From the IMG/VR virus record IMGVR_UViG_3300029466_000004, positions 73,952 through 84,528 of that record: a DNA stretch of 10,577 nt; one strand, written 5' to 3'. Source of the DNA: a virus (taxonomy: Duplodnaviria; Heunggongvirae; Uroviricota; Caudoviricetes). The notes under the pieces are model-generated. The model did no database searches, was not told where the DNA came from, and saw nothing but the letters and a program-made list of their open reading frames with translations. The position numbers were made by a program, and so were the translations under genes. Shown here piece after piece: positions 6,947 to 10,577 of the stretch; the stretch's first letter is position 1, and each line of letters opens with the position of its first letter.

Positions 6947-7186
6947 ATGGCAAGCACTACATACAAGCATTTTGTTGACGCCAACAAAATGTATGCCGCA
7001 CAAGAGCAATTTCGTGACATCACGAAAATGGTCTGCGCACGTCTTCGCGGCCTCACGAAAACATACCATTTTGCCGTCATTGGCACTATGGTGCGCAACG
7101 CCGGACAGCTTCCGCAGCCCTTCTGGCTCGGTGCTGCCTGTGGCGGCGGCTCGTGTAGTGCTGCCCGCTGCGCTGCAAAAACTTGA
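6947..7186 (+). CDS. Hypothetical protein (79 aa) containing four degenerate HFxDxxKM-like repeats
   Basis: Strong AAGGAGG RBS at 6935-6941 before ATG 6947. The peptide repeats coincide with DNA palindromes. Confidence 0.5.
   Translation: MASTTYKHFVDANKMYAAQEQFRDITKMVCARLRGLTKTYHFAVIGTMVRNAGQLPQPFWLGAACGGGSCSAARCAAKT
6968..7090. repeat. Array of four 24-bp palindromic units (10-4-10)
   Basis: CATTTTGTTG-acgc-CAACAAAATG (6968-6991, perfect), CAATTTCGTG-acat-CACGAAAATG (7007-7030), CGTCTTCGCG-gcct-CACGAAAACA (7040-7063) and CATTTTGCCG-tcat-TGGCACTATG (7067-7090). Confidence 0.8.
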
Positions 7187-7364
7187 CCGACAGCAAATGA
7201 CCGCCGCCATCAAAAGCGCACCGCTTGGGAGGGTAGACCGTAAGATAGCCTTACTGCGGTACGTTGAGCGGCTTCCGCTGCCGGACATTGCAGCACAGAC
7301 CCATTACAGCCGGACGGCGATAGGCTACCGGCTGAAAGGCATTGAAAAAATGCTGAATGTGTGA
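7140..7364 (+). CDS. Small sigma-70 region 4-like HTH protein (about 74 aa; start uncertain)
   Basis: DRKIALLRYVERLPLPDIAAQTHYSRTAIGYRLK is a sigma4/LuxR-like HTH. GTG 7140 has a weak GGTG SD at 7130-7133, and the frame is open further upstream. Confidence 0.7.
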   Translation: MAAARVVLPAALQKLDRQQMTAAIKSAPLGRVDRKIALLRYVERLPLPDIAAQTHYSRTAIGYRLKGIEKMLNV

Positions 7365-7370
7365 TATACT
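7342..7370 (+). promoter_or_regulatory. Sigma-70/SigA-type promoter
   Basis: TTGAAA (7342-7347), a 17-bp spacer and TATACT (7365-7370), with the extended -10 TG at 7362-7363. Confidence 0.75.
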
Positions 7371-7376
7371 GTTTAT

Positions 7377-7461
7377 ACCGTCCGAAGTAGAGTACACACA
7401 CTTCGGAGAAATGTGTACAGAGAGCCAGCGGAAGAACGTTTACCCGCTGGCTTTTCTTTTT
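7377..7461 (+). ncRNA. Putative small RNA 1 (about 85 nt, pseudoknot-capable)
   Basis: Lies between a consensus promoter and an intrinsic terminator with no ORF. Stems 7381-7388/7400-7407 and 7392-7398/7412-7418. Confidence 0.6.
7423..7461 (+). terminator. Rho-independent terminator
   Basis: Stem AGCCAGCGG (7423-7431)/CCGCTGGCT (7444-7452) followed by TTTCTTTTT. Confidence 0.8.
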
Positions 7462-7471
7462 GCATGAATTG

Positions 7472-7480
7472 TGGTATAAT
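7472..7480 (+). promoter_or_regulatory. Extended -10 promoter
   Basis: TG-G-TATAAT, a perfect extended -10, with no good -35. Confidence 0.65.
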
Positions 7481-7486
7481 AACATC

Positions 7487-7581
7487 AACAAATCCTCCCG
7501 GCCTCTCGAAGAAGCGCATTAGGGCGGATATTTGAAACCCCCGGTGTTCCGTTTGGAGCATCGGGGGATTTTTTATTTTTT
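7487..7581 (+). ncRNA. Putative small RNA 2 (about 95 nt)
   Basis: Lies between an extended -10 promoter and a terminator with no plus-strand ORF. An imperfect stem 7489-7499/7522-7534 encloses a 22-nt loop. Confidence 0.5.
7538..7581 (+). terminator. Rho-independent terminator
   Basis: CCCCCGGTGTTCC-GTTT-GGAGCATCGGGGG, a 13-bp stem with two G-U pairs, followed by ATTTTTTATTTTTT. Confidence 0.85.
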
Positions 7582-7714
7582 GGGACATGGAAGCCCGGCA
7601 AGTCTCCATCCCTTATAACTTCGTACCAGGCGTTTCCGGGAATATACTCCACGCATGGAGGATGCAATCGCCCGGAAACTGCTCGATATTCACATAGCAG
7701 CTATATCATGCGGC

Positions 7715-8215
7715 TCACCCCTGCAAATCAGCGATGGTAACGCCGCAAGCGGCTGCGATCTTTTCGAGGGTAGACACTCTTGAGACTGCCTTGCCGGACT
7801 CTGCATGTTGAATGGTTGCAGTGGACAGCCCGGTTTTTTCTGCCAAGGCCCGGATGGTTAATCCTGCGCTTTCTCTGGCGGCCTTGATTTTGACGGCAGA
7901 CACGCCAAGCGTCTTGTAATCGGGCGAGTTATACCCAATCATGAACAACCCTTGCTGTTCCATCGGCAACGCCTTGAGCGAATAGCTTTTCTCTGCATCC
8001 TCAATGTCAACGTCCTTCAGGACGTAGGAGCAGGCATTGTCAAGTTCCGGGGTCATTTTATGGAGCTTGTGCGCCAGCGTAATCTTCATCGTCACGCCAC
8101 GCACAGGGAACCTCGTTGCGTTGTCAAGGTCTGCCTGATTTACATGGTCAGGGGTGCAGGCTTCGTCCAGCAAGCGGTACAGCTTGCCGAGATTACGGAT
8201 GGTAGTGTTTTCCAT
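7715..8215 (-). CDS. XRE/Cro-CI family HTH protein (166 aa) with a C-terminal HTH and an unknown N-terminal domain
   Basis: GGAGG RBS (complement at 8224-8228) before ATG 8215. C-terminal IKAARESAGLTIRALAEKTGLSTATIQHAESG...TLEKIAAACGVTIADL. Confidence 0.85.
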   Translation of the reverse strand: MENTTIRNLGKLYRLLDEACTPDHVNQADLDNATRFPVRGVTMKITLAHKLHKMTPELDNACSYVLKDVDIEDAEKSYSLKALPMEQQGLFMIGYNSPDYKTLGVSAVKIKAARESAGLTIRALAEKTGLSTATIQHAESGKAVSRVSTLEKIAAACGVTIADLQG

Positions 8216-8248
8216 ATTCGTTTCCTCCGTTCGTTTTTTGTTGTACTG

Positions 8249-8338
8249 ATTATACCACAAAACTAATACAGTTGATACAGGCATAGCCACCAAACTATGC
8301 CTTGCTTTTTTGTCTATTTTGTATCAGTTGTATTAGTT
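8249..8338 (-). promoter_or_regulatory. Extended -10 promoter of the XRE gene with nested inverted repeats (putative operators)
   Basis: TGGTATAAT on the minus strand at 8257-8249, a 19-bp inverted repeat 8261-8279/8320-8338 with 2 mismatches, and an 8-bp inverted repeat AGGCATAG/CTATGCCT at 8279-8286/8295-8302. Confidence 0.65.
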
Positions 8339-8343
8339 CAAAT

Positions 8344-8426
8344 TAATCTTTAATCAAGTTCTAATCAATCTTTTTGTCCTTCGTTGTACCTTCGTTGTCT
8401 CTTACTTTCTGCCAGTTCGGTACACT
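8344..8426 (+). promoter_or_regulatory. Helically phased direct repeats upstream of a -10-like TACACT
   Basis: TAATCAA at 8351 and 8362 and CCTTCGTTGT at 8378 and 8389, both with an 11-bp period. TACACT at 8421-8426. Confidence 0.5.
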
Positions 8427-8449
8427 GAAAGCAATAGGAGGGATGAACC

Positions 8450-8968
8450 ATGAGCTATTACCCAACACCCGGAGCGCCCTATGTTCCGCAACAGCCTGTC
8501 AATCCTTACGGCGGCATGGGTACAGTAGGACTTGCCACTCCCCTGCCAAATACGCAGATGCAACAGGTACAGCCGCAGCGTCCGCAGCCGATGAATGGGC
8601 AGCAGCCTGTTCAGCAGTCGGCACAAGACGGAGGTTGGTTGCTTGGTAGACCTGTTTCCAGCAGAGAAGAGTTTTTGGCGATACCGTCTGACCTGTACGG
8701 CAGACCGACCTACTGCCCCGACCTGCGCAGCGGTGTAATCTACTGCAAGCGGCTGAACCCGGACACCTGCGAATCCTATGTGCAGGAGTTCTATAGCCCG
8801 GAAGCATGGCGGCAGATACAAGCGCAACAGGCACAGCAGACTGCTGCACCGACACAGCAGTATGTGCCTATTGAGGAGTATAACGCCCTCGTCCACAGGC
8901 TGGATGAACTGGAAAAGTGGCAGAAGAGCTTTTCCAAGCCTACTGCCACAGCAAAGAAAGGAGAATAA
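8450..8968 (+). CDS. Hypothetical Gln/Pro-rich phage protein (172 aa)
   Basis: AGGAGG RBS, a low-complexity N-terminus, a central globular PVSSREE...IYCKRLN segment and a C-terminal short coiled coil. Confidence 0.8.
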   Translation: MSYYPTPGAPYVPQQPVNPYGGMGTVGLATPLPNTQMQQVQPQRPQPMNGQQPVQQSAQDGGWLLGRPVSSREEFLAIPSDLYGRPTYCPDLRSGVIYCKRLNPDTCESYVQEFYSPEAWRQIQAQQAQQTAAPTQQYVPIEEYNALVHRLDELEKWQKSFSKPTATAKKGE

Positions 8969-8970
8969 CA

Positions 8971-9222
8971 ATGTCCTCTCCGTTTGATGTGATTACGCAC
9001 AGCCCCATCATGCAGCTTGCAAACCTTGCTCGTGCCGGGCAGAACCCTATGGGGCTTATCCAGCAGTTAAGCGGGCAGAATGCCCCCATCATGCAGGGTT
9101 TGAACTTGATTCAGGGCAAGAACGAAACGCAGCTCAGGATGATGGCACAGAACCTCGCCAAAGAGCGTGGCATTGACCTGAACCAGCTGGCAAGCGTCCT
9201 GAACCTGACGCTGCCCCGATAA
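8971..9222 (+). CDS. Hypothetical Gln/Asn/Met-rich helical protein (83 aa)
   Basis: AAGGAG RBS before ATG 8971, two bases after the upstream stop codon. Contains NPMGLIQQL...NLAKERGID. Confidence 0.8.
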   Translation: MSSPFDVITHSPIMQLANLARAGQNPMGLIQQLSGQNAPIMQGLNLIQGKNETQLRMMAQNLAKERGIDLNQLASVLNLTLPR

Positions 9223-9233
9223 CGCATCCCTCT

Positions 9234-9331
9234 AAGCGAAACGCTTCTCAGTTTTGCGGACTTGATAAAAACCGCTTTTATTTGGCTTCGCCCACCGCAC
9301 ACGGCGGTGGGATAGCATAACGCAAAACTGA
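9234..9331 (+). other. Structured intergenic leader (multibranch stem) ending at the RBS of the next gene
   Basis: An 11-bp closing stem TCAGTTTTGCG/CGCAAAACTGA (9248-9258/9321-9331) encloses CCCACCGC/GCGGTGGG (9291-9311) and an A/T-rich stem. Confidence 0.55.
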
Positions 9332-9344
9332 AAGGAGTTTTGTT

Positions 9345-10217
9345 ATGGACGATTTTGCAACTGGCTATCTGGCTGGGCAGGACGGCGGTAATAACAACGG
9401 CGGCTTCTTCGGCAACGAAGGCCTGTGGGCGGTTATTATCCTCGCCATCATCTTCGGCTGGGGTACAAACGGCTACGGTCGAAACGGTGGTGACAACGGC
9501 ATGAACAGCTACATCCCCTATCTGGTCGGCACTGGCGCAACCGGTCAGGGCGGTGCAGATACTCGTGCGGCGCTGTCGGAGGGCTTCTACCAGCAGGACA
9601 CTTCCCGTTCTCTGGCTGGCATCCAAAGCGGCATCTGCTCTCTGGGCTATGACCAGCTGGTGCAGATGAACGGCGTGAACGCCAACATCGCAAACGGCTT
9701 TGCGGGCGTGAATAGCGCCATCTGTCAGCTCGGCTACCAGAACGCACAGCTCGTGAACGGTCTGGAACGCAGCGTGTCCAACGGCGACAACGCCATCAGC
9801 CTCGCCATCATGCAGGAGGGCAACGCACGGCAGGCGGGTCAGACCGCACTTTCCACGCAGCTGGCATCTTGCTGCTGCGAGAACAAGCAGCTCATCGGCG
9901 ACCTGAAGTACACCATTGCACAGCAGGACTGCGCTACCCGTCAGGCTATCGCAGACAACGCCCGTGCCATCGTGGACAACTGCAACGCCAATTTCCGCAG
10001 CATGATGGACTACTTCACGCAGGATAAGATTGCCACTCTGACCGCTGAGAATCAGAACCTGAAGTTCGCCGCTTCTCAGGATCGTCAGAATGCGCTTCTG
10101 ACCACTGTGATGTCCCAGCAGACCGATACCATCCTTAATCGGGTCAATCCTCGTCCGATTCCCGCTTATCAGGTGGCAAACCCTAACGTGGGCGTGAACT
10201 GCTGCTGCGGCTGCTAA
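9345..10217 (+). CDS. Hypothetical phage protein (290 aa): hydrophobic/Gly-rich N-terminus, coiled coil, CCC motifs
   Basis: AAAGGAG RBS. Contains LWAVIILAIIFGWG, ASCCCENK, DKIATLTAENQNLK and PIPAYQVANP, and ends in NCCCGC. Confidence 0.85.
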   Translation: MDDFATGYLAGQDGGNNNGGFFGNEGLWAVIILAIIFGWGTNGYGRNGGDNGMNSYIPYLVGTGATGQGGADTRAALSEGFYQQDTSRSLAGIQSGICSLGYDQLVQMNGVNANIANGFAGVNSAICQLGYQNAQLVNGLERSVSNGDNAISLAIMQEGNARQAGQTALSTQLASCCCENKQLIGDLKYTIAQQDCATRQAIADNARAIVDNCNANFRSMMDYFTQDKIATLTAENQNLKFAASQDRQNALLTTVMSQQTDTILNRVNPRPIPAYQVANPNVGVNCCCGC

Positions 10218-10302
10218 CCTACACACTCCCCGATAACACCGGGTGAACCATCGGGGCAGGGGTAAGACACCTCTGCCCCTGATTTTATAGGAGGAAAACA
10301 CT

Positions 10303-10577
10303 ATGGCTTGCAAAACAAGCTGCAAACTCTGCCCGCACTTGGTCATCAGCCAGGCAGTCACGTTCGCCAACGACACGCTGACCATTAACATCCCTGCCGG
10401 GTCTTACGCAGCGGGCGAAAAATATTGCATTGTTGTTGCCCAGAGCTTGCCGGACACGACCACCATCAACGCCCCTGTGGTCATTACCATAGGTGCAGGC
10501 ACGACCGCATACCCTCTGACCGACTGCAACTGCGCTCAGGCGACCGCCGAGAGCATCCACACCCGCACCCGCTATGC
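10303..10577 (+). CDS. 3'-truncated Cys-containing beta-rich hypothetical protein (not in the ORF track)
   Basis: AGGAGG RBS at 10289-10294 and ATG 10303. It reads MACKTSCKLCPHLVISQAVTFANDTLTINIP...HTRTRY and stays open to the window end. Confidence 0.8.
   Translation, partial: MACKTSCKLCPHLVISQAVTFANDTLTINIPAGSYAAGEKYCIVVAQSLPDTTTINAPVVITIGAGTTAYPLTDCNCAQATAESIHTRTRY

Larger units (their letters stand above)
1..10577 (+). mobile_element. Tailed phage/prophage segment: tail and receptor-binding genes, DGR, lysis cassette, accessory region
   Basis: Co-oriented, tightly packed genes in the order tail-fibre-like gene, XkdX-like small ORF, GH25 lysin, holin-like genes. No attachment site or integrase is in the window, so prophage and free phage cannot be distinguished. 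Confidence 0.9.

Noticed and set aside
6968..7090. Palindrome array as a mini CRISPR array
   Set aside because: The units are degenerate, the spacers are only 3-15 nt, and no cas genes or leader are visible.
7582..7714. Short minus-strand ORFs and a GGGA-ATGGA/TCCAT-CCC hairpin downstream of the XRE gene, considered as a toxin peptide or ribozyme
   Set aside because: There is no RBS or hydrophobic peptide, and no hammerhead, twister or HDV core that I can recognise.
1425..10391. Long minus-strand ORFs (1425-2120, 1687-2358, 3801-4910, 5383-6108, 6325-7098, 8402-8971, 9111-10391)
   Set aside because: These are antisense shadows of GC-rich plus-strand genes with no recognisable motifs or RBSs.

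Overview
The window is a segment of a tailed (pro)phage, probably from a gut Firmicute; a Faecalibacterium/Oscillospiraceae-like host is an inference. It runs from tail and receptor-binding genes through a diversity-generating retroelement (DGR) to the lysis cassette, a post-lysis regulatory and small-RNA region, and an operon of Gln/Cys-rich hypothetical proteins. The DGR consists of a 644-aa target with a C-terminal variable repeat (VR, 3222-3360), three hairpins, a template repeat (TR, 3484-3622) closed by a long-range stem, and a reverse transcriptase (RT, 3765-4961). It departs from the canonical DGR in three ways. (1) Half of the 22 TR/VR mismatches are at non-adenine TR positions and the TR retains only one AAC codon, so the template itself looks adenine-mutagenised. 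(2) The RT catalytic motif is YMDN rather than YxDD. (3) No avd-like gene is visible. After the holin there is an array of four 24-bp palindromes and two tandem promoter-RNA-terminator units with no ORF, the first of which can fold into an H-type pseudoknot.
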